Assembly: GCF_963921235.1 (NCBI RefSeq)
Contig: NC_086099.1
Span: 11,036,001 to 11,100,000 of the forward strand
Length of the DNA: 64,000 bases
Reading direction: 5' to 3'
Source: Mobula hypostoma
Taxonomy: Eukaryota
Position numbers and translations under genes: made by a program
Shown: one piece after another, positions 50,701-63,343 of the stretch
Layout of the letters: each line of letters starts with the position of its first letter
Numbering within the stretch: position 1 is the first letter of the stretch
The notes under the pieces: model-generated
The model's input: only the letters and a program-made list of their open reading frames with translations
Database searches by the model: none
Told to the model about the DNA's origin: nothing

Positions 50701-53202
50701 TGGCACCTCATCCTTCTTGTCAAAATTACAAACTACAGGAGAATGCCTGCTTTCCCCGGCTGGATATTTTCTCTGTGTGGATCACTACACAAGCAGTGCT
50801 TATTCACAGTAACATATTACAGAGAATAATACCACACTAGGAGATGTATTGCCAGCTGCCTGACAACTCAAGCATATTATCACTCAACAAGGACTCCTTC
50901 AAATGCCACTAAAGTATCTGCGTAATCTTTAAAATTTTTGCCAAAGGGCTGTTCTTTTCAAATGCTTTTATGATATCACACTATAAATATACAGTATATA
51001 TGCATGTGCACCTGTGTGTCTCTGAATATGTAAATAATGGTGAAACAAAATGATATTCACTTATTTACAGCCATTAATCTTAAACTCTGATGCATTCCAA
51101 ATATATAATATCTGGTTTACCAAATTCTTCCCCTCAAAGAACGACTAATTCTTTTTGGCCATAAATGAACGTTAAATCCTCCCCATTCCAAATATTTGAG
51201 ATTCACAGTAGGCAAAGCCAATTAGAAGCGATTGCTACAGTAGATAGGATTACTACAATCCCAAATTTTATTGAGATTCCCATGACGTTGCAAATAGTGT
51301 GACAGATTTTTCTTTTATAAAACACATACCGTTACACAGGATATTCCATAAAATATTACCAGTAGTATCTCAAACTGGGGGGACCCAGAAATTCTTGAAG
51401 CTTTGACTGAAACCTTAGCGTGTTTCCTAACTGTCAGCACCCAAAATTTGTCAGTAACTATTCCCAGTAATGTTTCCCTTCCGCTTGTGTCAGAGTTTCC
51501 CATCGGCAAGTACTTAATTATAAACAGCTGCTGCAAAAAGACAACTATCTAAACTGAAAGAGCATGAACATTACTTTAAGAGTATAAAATGTCTGAAGTA
51601 TGAAATGAGAATATTAAGCAAAAAGGATTTGTAATGGTTTCACTGCCAGGATCATCCTCCAACTGAATAAAGCATGCTTATGAAAGGGTACAGTACTAGT
51701 AACCCAATACATTTGAGAGAGTTTGCGGCAAGAAGCTCAGAACAAAAGAAGCCAGTTGCTTCCTGTCAGTTATTAGTTAGCTCTACGGAAGGGACTAAGA
51801 TTAACCCTTCAAAATCCCAAATGAAGAGTTGGCAGAGAAAGCACAGAATGCCTGCATTTAGAAAGTTCTTGCATAGAGCTGATATTGTTGTCGATTTTAA
51901 ATGTTCTAATGGTGTAGTTTTGAAGAATGACTATTGTTTACAAATAAATAAATTTGTCACCAATATTAGCAAATACTGATGATCACAAATTTTACAGAAA
52001 ATTTTAAAATATAACAAGGAGAAAAAACATCAGGACTCACAGCATATATAGTCTTTTACACGAATATATTCTTTTAATTGCATAATTTTATTCATTCAAT
52101 CATAACTACCTCAATGTCCAATGTTTAATTCTCATCAATTGTGATAGTATCCAGCATCTTCAGTGGGGTCGTCTCAATAACTAAATAACTCATATGCTGT
52201 ACTAATGCCTGACGCCTCATACACAAATATCTTACAGTGCAGACATACGTAGTTGCTTCAGTCTCTTATGCCAGTTCCTATGTCTTTCTCTCTGTGAAAC
52301 ATGATCTCTCTCATCCTTCACACTTGTTAATATTACCTTTTTATTTTTAAGTAGCACTTATAAAAAATAATAGCTTTTTCTGAAACAGGTCAGCAGCCCT
52401 GTATTGAAAATACTAACACCTCCTGTGCAATGTCATTTCCCAACCTGCAATTTTTATTTTTGCTTGTGATAAATTTTATATTTTGTTTATTTTCTCTCCA
52501 ACATAGGGATCAACACAAGAACAAATCCTCGCAAATCTTCTACAATTTTGAAACTCACTTTCACAACTTTGTTTACCCGGGCTCAAGGACAACTTCTCTC
52601 CTGCTGTTGTAAGACAATTGAATGGCTCCCTGGTGCCATAAAATGGACTCTTGACCTCACAATCTGCCACGTTATGATCTTGCACCTTGCTGTTTATCTG
52701 TAATTGTTCTACCTCAATGTACTGTGTAATGATGTGATCGGTATGAGCAGTATGCATGACTAGCTTTTCACTGTATCTCAGTACATGTGACAATAATAAA
52801 CCAGTTTCAATTCCAACCCACCCTCTGCTTCTCCCACACCCACCAGCTTAATATTTTTTTAACACCAGTTTTTGGACTAGCTCATGGTTATCTTGTTTAA
52901 CCCTGCTTTCTGATATTTGAGCACTTCTCTGTCCATATATTCTCAAGGCTCTGGTGTTTTAATGAAGTTAAGCCTACAGGACAGTTTTCTGGTTTAAATC
53001 CACTTCTCTTCAACAGAAATTTCTGCCATAAATTTCCTTTCCATAAAATTTGGAAAATTAAATTCCAAGCTACTCCCTCTAGCATACCTCAGAATCATGC
53101 AAGGAATTTGTTCTATTGTTGACCAGCTTCCCTCAGGATTCCAAAATATAAACAGTACTAGGCAGAGGAAACGGCTTACCATGGAAAGGAGTACCAGTTT
53201 AA

Positions 53203-53750
53203 TATGGCTAATTTTTATCAGGTACACCTGTACGTTAATGCAATTATGTAATCAGCCAATCATGTGGCTGTATCTCAACACACAAAAGCATGCAGGCATG
53301 GTCAAGAGGTTCAGTTGTTGTTCAGATGAAACATCAGAATGGGGAAGAAATGTGATCTAAATTTGACCATGGATTGATTGTTGGTGCCAGATGGAATGGT
53401 TTGAGTACCTCAGAAGCTGCTGATCTCCTGGGATTTTCATGCACAGCAGTCTCTAGAGTTTACAAAGAAAGGCTCGATAAACACAAAACACCCACCCAAT
53501 GAGTGGCATTTCTATTGGAGGAAACTCTTTGTTAATGCGTGAGGTCAGAGGAGGATGGTCAGACTGGTTCAAGCTGACAAGAAGGCAACAGTAACTCAAC
53601 TAACCACGTGTTACAACAGTGGTGTGCAGAGGAGTATCTCCGAGCGCACAGTACTTCAAACCTTGGGCCACAGCAGCAAGAGACTGTAGACATAAACTCA
53701 GGGCCCCTCTATTAGGTACAGGAGGTAACTAATAAAATGGCCACGGAGTG
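53203..53750 (+). mobile_element. Non-autonomous Tc1 derivative (transposase N-terminal HTH remnant)
   Basis: Reads MGKKCDL...IVGARWNGLSTSEAADLLGFS. It ends in a TIR ...taataaaatggccacggagtg. Confidence 0.85.
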
Positions 53751-54303
53751 CACATTGACATTGCCTGCAGGCAGATGGAGCAGCAAGGCACTCTCCAGTC
53801 TTTTATTCAGTTTTCTGTTGTTTGACATAAAGAAAAACAATGGCAGGCTACAAATTAATAGACTGCATGACAAATTAGGTGAGTGCAATGTCTTTGGTTT
53901 ATTTTGTTCAACATTTATGCCATTCATATCAACCATATCATATGTGGCAGAAAGAGATGTTCATTACAATCTCATTATCATTTTTTTTGCATCAAATTCA
54001 AGTTTACTGTCATCTGACTGTAAAATATTACCATAAATAAGTGAATAAATATAACTCAGAATGTGATTGCTTGTGTCCTCTTTATTATTTGTGGCCTTAT
54101 TGCCATTCCAGAATTCAGGAGATTGAATCATCACCAGTTTTAAGACAAGTATAGTGATTTGAAAAAATTTGCATAAATAAATCAGAACATTAAATTCATG
54201 GTAAATCAGGTCTGAAGGGTGGAAGAGCCCCTACAAACTCTTGATTCTGTGGTCTTAGAAAATCTACACACCGATTTGCTTAAGGTTTAGTGATTGTGAT
54301 TTA

Positions 54304-54857
54304 GACTCAGTTGCCACTTTATTAGTTACCTCCTATACCTAATAAAGTATTCACTGAGTGTACGTTTGTGTCTTCTACTTCTGTGACCCATGCACTTCAA
54401 GCTTTGATGTGTTGTGCATTCAGAGATGCTCTGCTGTAACACTGTTGTAACATGAGGTTAGTTGAGTTACTGTCACCTTCCTGTTAGCTTGAACCAATTG
54501 AGCTATTCTCCTCAGACCTCTCTCATTAACAAGGTCCGCAGAGTTGCTGCTCATTGGATGTTTTTTTGTTCTCGCACTCTTCTCAATAAACTCTAGAGAC
54601 TGCTGTGTGTGAAAATGCCAGGAGATGAGCAGTTTCTGAGATACTCAAACCACCCCATCTGGCACTAACAATCATTCCAGGGTCAAAGTCACTCCGATCA
54701 TATTTCTTCCCCGTTCTGATGTTTGGTCTGAACAACAACTGAACCTCTTGACCATGTCTGCATGTGTTTATGCATTGAGTTGCTGCCACATAATTGATTA
54801 GATATTTGCATTAACAAGCAGGTGTACAGTTACATGTAATAATGAGGTCACTGAGCA
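54304..54857 (-). mobile_element. Same Tc1 derivative, inverted copy
   Basis: ORF 54583-54789 reads SDFDPGMIVSARWGGLSISETAHLLAFSHTAVSRVY. Confidence 0.85.
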
Positions 54858-55469
54858 TATAACCCAATGGTTATCCTTTGGAAGGACATGTGGAATGAAG
54901 TTGGCAGCATGCTGTTTCTTCATAGCTTTTACTGACCTATAAAAGAGCCAGATAAATATGCATGGCCCACGTGAATTTCATATCAATCAAAGCAACAACC
55001 ATTACACTTTATAGACCAATTTTGATCAATAACTTTTAATCCCAATTAAGTTTCTGTTCATGTCATGGGCTCAATATGTTGCTTGTCATCTTAATGAAGA
55101 ATTACAAAGATACAGCTGAACCTTTGTGCTTGACCTTAACCTTGATCTCAAAGTGTTTTATTCTCCATATTTATTCATTAGTGACAGGATATCAGTCATC
55201 TTGTCCCTCACCCTGATGCACCCTTCTCATATCTTTCTGTCGTTTTCATATGGTTTCTCAATACCTTTCTCTGGACTGCTGCATTATTGAACAACTCTGG
55301 GGGCAGTATGGTAGTGTAGTGGTTAGCGCAATCACTTCAAGGTGCCAGCAGTCACCTATAGGGTTTTGATTCCCACCACTGTCAGTAAGGAGTTTCAGAT
55401 TCACGGTGATCATGTGGGTTTCGTCCAGATGTTCTGGTTTCCTTCTGAAGATGTACAATTAGGGTTCGG

Positions 55470-55890
55470 TTAGGGCACCCACTACCCAGGCCATGCTCTT
55501 TTCTCAGTTCTGCCATCAGGCAGGAGGTGCAGTAGCCTCAGGTCCCACACCACCAGCTTCAGGAACACCGGGAACTTGAACCACAGCGGATAACTTCACT
55601 CACCCCAACACTGAACTGTTCCCACAACCTATAAACTCACTTTCAATGACTCTTCATCTCATGCCCTCGATATTTATTGCTTAATTATTTCTTCTTATTA
55701 TTTTTATGTTTACGTATAGTTTGCTGTCTTTTGTACATTGGCTGTTTGTCTGACTTGTTGTGTGCGGCTTTTCATGGATTCTCTTGTGATTTTTTTGTAT
55801 TTACTGGGAATTGCCTGCAAGAAAAACCATCTGGGTTGTATATAGTGTCATATATGTACTTTGGTAATAAATTAAATTTGAACTTTGAGG
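55470..55890 (+). mobile_element. Rex1/Babar-type LINE 3' end inserted in a V-SINE (55300-56025)
   Basis: Family ORF end and UTR, with a SINE head upstream and SINE tail downstream. Confidence 0.7.
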
Positions 55891-56539
55891 GCATGCTATG
55901 TGGGTGTCAGGAGTATAGCGATATTTGCAGGCTGCCCCCAGCACATTCCTTGGATTGTGTTAGTCGCGGATACAAAATGACGCAGTTTGATCTATGTTTC
56001 AATGTTCACGCAACAAATACAGCTAGTTCTAAAAAACTACCTTCCTGCAGTTGTGCTTTGATGCCCCAGTGTAAAGTTACATAGCACACTTTGTAATAAC
56101 ACATATGCTATAAATACAATAACTGGGAACTGTTTTTGCAGCAGGGATACCATAATTGCCGATAATGTGCCCATACATCTACCCAGTGATCCCTGTTGGA
56201 AAGTTTGCAAATAAGGTAATAAAATGAAACCAGGATCAAAATCGGTTTTAAGACCTTTCGTTATCCCGTTAAACAGTCAGCCTTTGACTTTTCGTAACAA
56301 GGCACACACACGAGTGCCTGCGTGTTAGCCAACGACTGCAGAGCTATTGGTGGCCACACAAATATCCCTAAGTGTGAATCACCCAACTGGGAGAACTAGG
56401 AAATTGGCAGGGAGGGCGAAAAAGGAGATACAGTCCTCTCTTGTTTTTCCAGTATTCCCTATAGTAGATGAAGCAGACTTTTCCACACGGATCAACTTTA
56501 TTCGCCATATACATTTACATGCATTAGGAATTTGCTGTG

Positions 56540-56721
56540 CAACACACACAAAATGCTGGAAGAACTCAACAGGTCAGGCAGATCCAGAACCCGGATTCCA
56601 CCGCCACCAATACCGGTTCCAATGATGCCGGACGTCTTCAGACATGCCTGACCTACCGAGTTCCCCCAGCATTTTGTGTGTGTTGCTTTGGATTTCCAGC
56701 ATCTGGCAGAACCTCTGGTGT
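56540..56721 (+). mobile_element. PLE-derived palindromic insertion with a 16-bp TSD and 64-bp spacer
   Basis: TTAGGAATTTGCTGTG flanks it at 56524-56539 and 56722-56737. Confidence 0.85.
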
Positions 56722-58789
56722 TTAGGAATTTGCTGTGACGTATGGTCAGGGCACAGCATGCAACAAAAAAACAACAACAACCACATATGGAATAAAATGT
56801 GCATAAGTACATCAATGCGGTCTTATATTTACAATGTAAACAGCATTATAAAAGTGGATAGACACAAGAGATTCTGCAGAGGAACACACACAGAATGCTG
56901 GAAGAACTCAGCCAGTCAGACAGCATCTACGGATAAGAATAAACAGTCAATATTTTGGGTCAGGACTCATCAGAAAAAGTGGGTTAAAGTGCATATAGTG
57001 CAATGCAGTGATGGGGTAATAGAAAGGGTTGTGGGGGGCTAACTAGAATGGTTGATCTGATTAATTGCCTGGGGGGAAGAAACTTTTAAGATGTGGCAAA
57101 GTTTTTGCTTTAATAGCCCTATAGTCCTTTCCGGAATGGAGCTCTTGGAAAAGGCAGTTTGCGGGGTGCTGTACACATCTTACAGCAAAAAACATTTTGG
57201 AAAAATTCACAAAATCAGAATCAATACTACCAACAAAAATCAATTATTTAAAACCCAGGATAACATCTCGGTCATACTCCCAGTCACTAAAGTATTTGTG
57301 TTTAATTAGGATTCATGCAGAATTAATTCTACCTTAAGACCAGCTTTCAAACAACTGTAATTTTTTTCTTGACATCCTGGCTAAAGCCACATGGATCCAA
57401 GGTGCCAGTTTCATAATTAATATACAGAAGAGATTTGTGGAAAATGATCTAAGACAGACACATGAGTTAGATATTGATTTACAGTTCATTGTTTCCTTTT
57501 ATTGCTAAGCGGCTGATTTGTGTGATTCAAGAAATCCACAACATTGAACAGTAGCCACACGGGAGAGAGTTACAAGGCAGTCTAACATCACCAGGGGGAC
57601 TCAGACAAAATTATAAGCCATGAAGAACAGTGTTCAAGCAGTTTACAAGTCACCTGAATCGCAAAGTTAGGTTTATATCCTTGTAATTTTCTCTTAGGTG
57701 TTTGTCATTTTGCACAATCAATATACAAAAGGGAATAATCCAGTAGGTCTTGCTGCACTACGAGTATGACAATATTTCAGTACAAGAATTACATTTAAGA
57801 TTTAAGAGTGTTTAATGTCATTTTCAGTATACAAGTGTAGAGGAGAATGAAATAATTGATACTTCCAATTTGATGTAGCACAAAATGTGTTGGGGGGGGA
57901 GCTGGGGGTGGACTTTGAGGTTCTAACACTTAACTGTCATTCATTCTTTGGGGCACTCCTCTGTTTTCGTGGATGTTTGCGAAGAAAAAGAATTTCAGGA
58001 TGTATAATGTATACATTTCTTTGAAACAACTCAGTAAGTTAAAGAATAAAAATATCACAATAATAAAAATATTATAATCAATATAAATGCATAAGATAGT
58101 TTTCTATACATAGATTGATTGTATGTCCATAAAGTGATGCTAGATACAGGAGTGTCATATGGTGACTCTGACATGAACTGATAAAATAGTGGTGGTGGAG
58201 GGTGTGAAGGGGTGAGTTAGTTGGTGGAAGTGTTGATCGATCAGTTGATCATTTACTGCGGTAATTTCTTTTGTACACAACATTATGAAATAATACCAGA
58301 GTGATGCGATGGGAAATGAACGAGAATTTGTCCACGGTTCAGAAAAGAATGGATGCACTGCCTATGGAATTGTAATAGGACTTTGTGGTAACAGATTTCA
58401 CTGCGATTCAATTTTAATTTATCACTCGTTTATACTAGTTTATCACTAGTTATCAATCATGAAGTAACAACTGCAGTACCCAAAGGTCAATGAGAAACAT
58501 TAAATCACTTTTCTCTTTCCAACACTGACCAATCAGTGAAGCGTTCTGTTTCTGTTTCAAATGATTACCATTGTAAATCTCTACTTATAATTATCTGGCC
58601 AGTTTACTTCATTCTGCATCGCTCCACTCAGTTGTAAAACATCAAAGTACATTGATATTCAAAAAGGATCTAGTGCTTTCCCAGCGTAAATGACAAAAAA
58701 CTCTTCTCGGGCTGGTATCAATTATATCCAATGGTTCAAAACGTCGGTGATGATCAATACCTGTACCCGCCTGGAGGCCCGAGAAGAGT

Positions 58790-59325
58790 TTATTTGTTAT
58801 ATTGAGATTAATTTTCTTTCAGGAATTTACAGGAAAATAAAAAAATACAATGCAATTTATGAAAAACTACACAAAAAAAAGACTGACAAACAACCAATGT
58901 CTAAAAGAGGACAAACTGTGAAAATAAAAAGATAAATAAGAGTTGTAGAATCCTTGAAAGTGAGTCCACAGTCAGTTCACAGTTGTGGATAGTGATGGTC
59001 CAGGAGCACAATAGTTGTAGGGTAATAATTGTTCCTGAACCTGGTGGTGTGGGGCCTAAGGCTCCTGTATCTCATTCCCAATAAGGGTAGCAAGAAGAGA
59101 GCATGGCCTGGATGCAGCGGGCTGGGGGAGGGTCCTTAATGATGGATCCTACTTTCTTGTGGTAGCACTCCACAGAAATCTACTCAACGGTGGGGAGGGC
59201 TTTGCCTGTGATGAACACAAAGCTGTGTCCACCACTTTCTGCAGCCTTTTCCATTCCTGGGCATTGGTGTTTCCATACCACGGCCTGATGCCATCAGTTT
59301 GGATATTCTACACTGTGCATCATGA
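58790..59325 (-). mobile_element. Rex1/Babar-type LINE 3' end
   Basis: Reverse family ORF end and UTR. Confidence 0.75.
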
Positions 59326-60960
59326 GGAAGTAAAATTCAAGACTCAAAATTATTTATTGTCATACTTCAGTACACATGTGTAAAGGAGGACAAAATGATT
59401 GTTAGTCCAGATCTGATGTAGCGTAAAAAAGAGCAAAAAAACACAAAGAACATTATAAAGTTAAGAGTTAAAATGCAGATATGGAATAAAATCTGCATAA
59501 ATACTTCAGTACTGTCATAGGTTTACAATGTAAACAGCATTATAAAAGTGGCTATAAACACAACGGAATCTACAGATGCTGGAAATCCAGAGGAACACAC
59601 ACAAAACGCTGGAGGAACTCAGCAGTTCAGGAAGCATCTATGGAGAGGAAGAAAGAGCAGGCATTTTGTGTCGGGACCCCTTCATCAAAACTCATCAGAA
59701 AAAGTGTTTTAAAATGTGTACTGTGCAGTGCCATGCAGGTAGAGAGGGTGATGTGCATGTCATGGTGTAAATACCGGAAAACCCCAAACTTTATATTTCA
59801 CATAGGAACTAGGTTGGATTCAGATAGTCATTAAGGCCATATTAATTATAAATATACACAAAATAAACACATATAAAAATAATGTGGTGTATAAACGTGA
59901 CACATAAGGCAAAACATATAAAATATGTAAGTATGGAGGGGATAAAGTTAATACAAATTCACCTCAATTCATATAAATGTAACTGATATATATCACTCAG
60001 CAGGCTCCCTTTCCCTTGACATCTTCAACTTGATCACACCTATAATCAAGATATTCTTTTATAACCCCAAGTTCTGTTCTCTGAAGGTTGAATGGATAAA
60101 TACCCTGTTGTGATAATGACAGAACATCTGACTCCCCCTCTGATGTTTGTCATGCACTATTAAAGAAAGCCTGAGAGGTACACCTCTGTAATGGAGTGTA
60201 AAAGAATTAAAACTGATTATAGAACACAGAACACTGCAGCGCAGTACAGTCCTGTCAGCCCACAATGTGCCAATCTTTTAACCCACTTTTAGGATTAATC
60301 TAACCTTTCCCTCCTGCGTAGTCTTCCATTTTTCTATCATTCATGTGTCTACCTAAGAGTTTCCTGGAAGTTCCTAAGGATTCACTTTCAAGGATTTGAT
60401 GACTCACATCCTGAGTGATATTTATTGATTGATTGATTGATTGATATTTTTTGTATTTGCATTGCTGGTCTTTTGCATGTTGGTTTGAGCATAGTTTTTC
60501 ATTGATTCTATTGTATCTCTTTATTCTGCTGTGAATGCCTGCAAGCAAATGAATCTCCAGGTAAGTATATGGTGACAAGTACATACTTTGATAATAAATT
60601 TACTTTAAATTTTGAACTAACGTATCTGCCTCAACCACCACCCTTGGCAGAGCAGTCTCACCACATTCTCTATAAAAAAAAACTTACCTCTGACATCCGT
60701 CCACTATACTTTCCTCCAATCACCTTAAAATTATGCCTCTTAGTAACAGCCATTTCCATGCTGGGAAAATGCCTCTGGCTATTTACTTGACCTATGCCAT
60801 TTATCCTCCCCTACACAACTATCAAGTCACCTCTCATCCTCCTTCATCCAAAGAGAAAAGCCCCATCTTGTTCACAATTATACTACTAAACTACAACAAA
60901 TTAACTTTACATTTGTTTCAATGGTGTCACTGAAGGTGGTTGTCTGAGAGGGAAAAAAAG

Positions 60961-62480
60961 GATTTAATTTGGCTTTTTTGACACTGATCAACAGAAAAAG
61001 ACTCTTTTGTATCAAAGTGAAAACAAATCTCTACAAAGTGATCCAAATTAATCACAAATATCAAACATAAAATAACTGATCGCATAAGTATTCACCCCCT
61101 TTAATATGACACACCAAATCGTCACTGGTGCAGCTAATTGGTTTTGGAAGTCACCATCTGCATTCAAGGTGTTTCAATTGATTGTAGTAAAAATACACCT
61201 GTATCTGGAAGGTCCAACTGCTGGTGTGTCAGTATCCTGACAAAAACTACACCATGAAGACAAAAGAACACTCCAGGCAACTTTGTGAAAATGTTATCGA
61301 AAAGCACAAATCAGGAGATGGATACAAGAATATTTCCAAGTCACTGAATAGCCGTTAAAGTACAGTTAAGAAAATCATCACGAAACTGGAAGAAAGCCAC
61401 AGGTGTAGATCTGCCTAGAGCAGGCCGTCCTCAAAAACTGAGTGACCGTGCAAGAAGGGGACGAGTGAGGGAGGCCACCAAGAGACCTATGATAACTCTG
61501 GAGGAGTCACAAGCTTCAGTGGCTGAGATGGGCGAAACTGCACATACAACTATTGCCTGGGTGCTTCAGGAGTCACATTTTAATGGGAGAGCGGCAAAGA
61601 GAAAGCCACTGTTGAAAAAAAAAGACATGAAATTTCAGTTAGATCTTGCAAGAAGGCATTTAGGAGACTGAAGCCAGCTGAAAGAATGTTCTATGGTCTG
61701 ATGAAACCAAAATTGAGCTTTTTGGCTATCAGTCTAAATGCTATGTTTGGCATAAGCCGAACACCGCACATCATCAAAAAGACACCGTCCCTACTGTGAA
61801 GCATGGTGGTGGCTGCATCATGCCGTGAGGATGCTTCACTGCAGCAGGCCCTGGAAGGCTTGTGAAGGTAGAGGGTAAAATGAATGTAGTAAAATACAGG
61901 GAAATCCTGGAGGAAAACCTGATACAGTCTGCAAGAGAACTACGACTTGGGAGAAGATTTTTTTCCCAGCAAGATAATGACCCCAAGCATAAAGCCAAAA
62001 CTACACAGGAATGGCTTAAAAATAACAAAGTTAATATCCTGGAGTGGCCAAATCAGAGTCCAGACCTCAATCCAATTGAGAATTTGTGGCTGGACTTGAA
62101 AATGGCTGGTCACTCACGATCCCCATGCAATCTGACAGAGCCTGAGCAGTTTTGTAAAGAAGAATGGTCAAAAATTGCAGTGCCAAGATGTGCAAAGCTG
62201 TTAGAGACCTATCCACACAGACTCAAGGCTATAATTGCTGCCAAAGTTGCATCTACTAAATACTGACTTGAAGGGGGAAGTAATTATGCAATGTCATTTT
62301 GTTTTTAATATCTATAATAATTTTAGACCAATTTGTAGAAATTTTTCACTTTGCCACTGAAGTTTCTTTTTCTGTTGATCAGTGTCAAAAACACCACATT
62401 AAATCTGCTGTGACTTAATGTTGTAAAACAATAAAACGTGAAAACTTCCAAGAAGGTGAATATTTTTTTTATTGGCACTG
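60961..62480 (+). mobile_element. Near full-length Tc1 transposon with long TIRs, left end truncated
   Basis: Left ttttgacactgatcaacagaaaaaga mirrors right tctttttctgttgatcagtgtcaaaa. The right end is ...ggcactg followed by TA. Confidence 0.92.
61254..62266 (+). pseudogene. Tc1 DD34E transposase pseudogene
   Basis: Reads MKTKEHSRQL..KHKSGDGYKNISKSL, GRPQKL, WSDETKIELFG, QQDNDPKH, SPDLNPIENLW and ASTKY*. It has frameshifts and an in-frame TGA. Confidence 0.92.
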
Positions 62481-62696
62481 TAGGTTACAAAATATTCTCA
62501 GGGACAGAATGTAACCTACCCAGACTGAAAGTGCACAACTGTCTTAATAAATCACAAAACTGTCTCACGCTTGACAAACCTGCCTCAGTGATCAACGTAA
62601 AGGCAAGAATTTCATTCTGAAGTGACGACAATGAGGAAAATCACATCTCCATCCCTAGTTTCACTGAGGTGAGCGACAAAGTGCTCACTTTGTAAT

Positions 62697-63025
62697 CATG
62701 CAGGCCTTTTTCACTGAGGTTGGGTAAAACTAGATTTAGGTGTCATGGGTGAAGGGTGAAAGGTGAAATGATTAAAGGAACCATGAAGCGGACCTACTGT
62801 ACTTCACTCAGAAGGTGGTGAGAGTGTGAGAGTGTGAAGTGAGCTGACAGTGGAAGTGGTGGCTGTAGTTTCGATTGTAGCATTTAAGAGAAATTTGGAT
62901 AGGTGCATTTTTGGGAGAGCTCTGGAGCACTACGATCCAGATGCAGGTTGATGGGATCAGGCAGATTAATGGTTTGGCATGGACTAGAGGGCCTGTTTCT
63001 GTGCTGTACTGTTCTATGACTCTGT
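62697..63025 (+). mobile_element. CR1 LINE 3' fragment
   Basis: Same subfamily as 150-555 and 38660-39100. Confidence 0.75.
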
Positions 63026-63343
63026 GACTGGATTTCTTTTATTCACAACCTTAATCATTTTGAAATAAAGATACGTGTAACTGCAATAGGAAATGTCTGG
63101 CAAGAAAACAATGTTTTGTGAAAAGCTACTGAATTTCTATCAATTAATGGGTAAGAACAATTATATCAGATGCCACTGATACGATACGACAGCCAAAGCT
63201 TGTTCATTTATCGCAAAGAACAGTACAAAACTAATGCTTCCACCCAGCAGGGTGTTCGTGTTCTGCTGAAAGTTTACACACAAGTCTGCAGAGTTGCAAA
63301 CCATGCAACCAGAGCTAGCAATGAAGAGCAACACAAGAAAGTA

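Noticed and set aside
55300-55380. tRNA gene
   Set aside because: It is the tRNA-derived head of a V-SINE, with A/B-box remnants but no full cloverleaf.
61254-62266. Active or domesticated transposase
   Set aside because: It has multiple frameshifts, an in-frame stop and a truncated left TIR.
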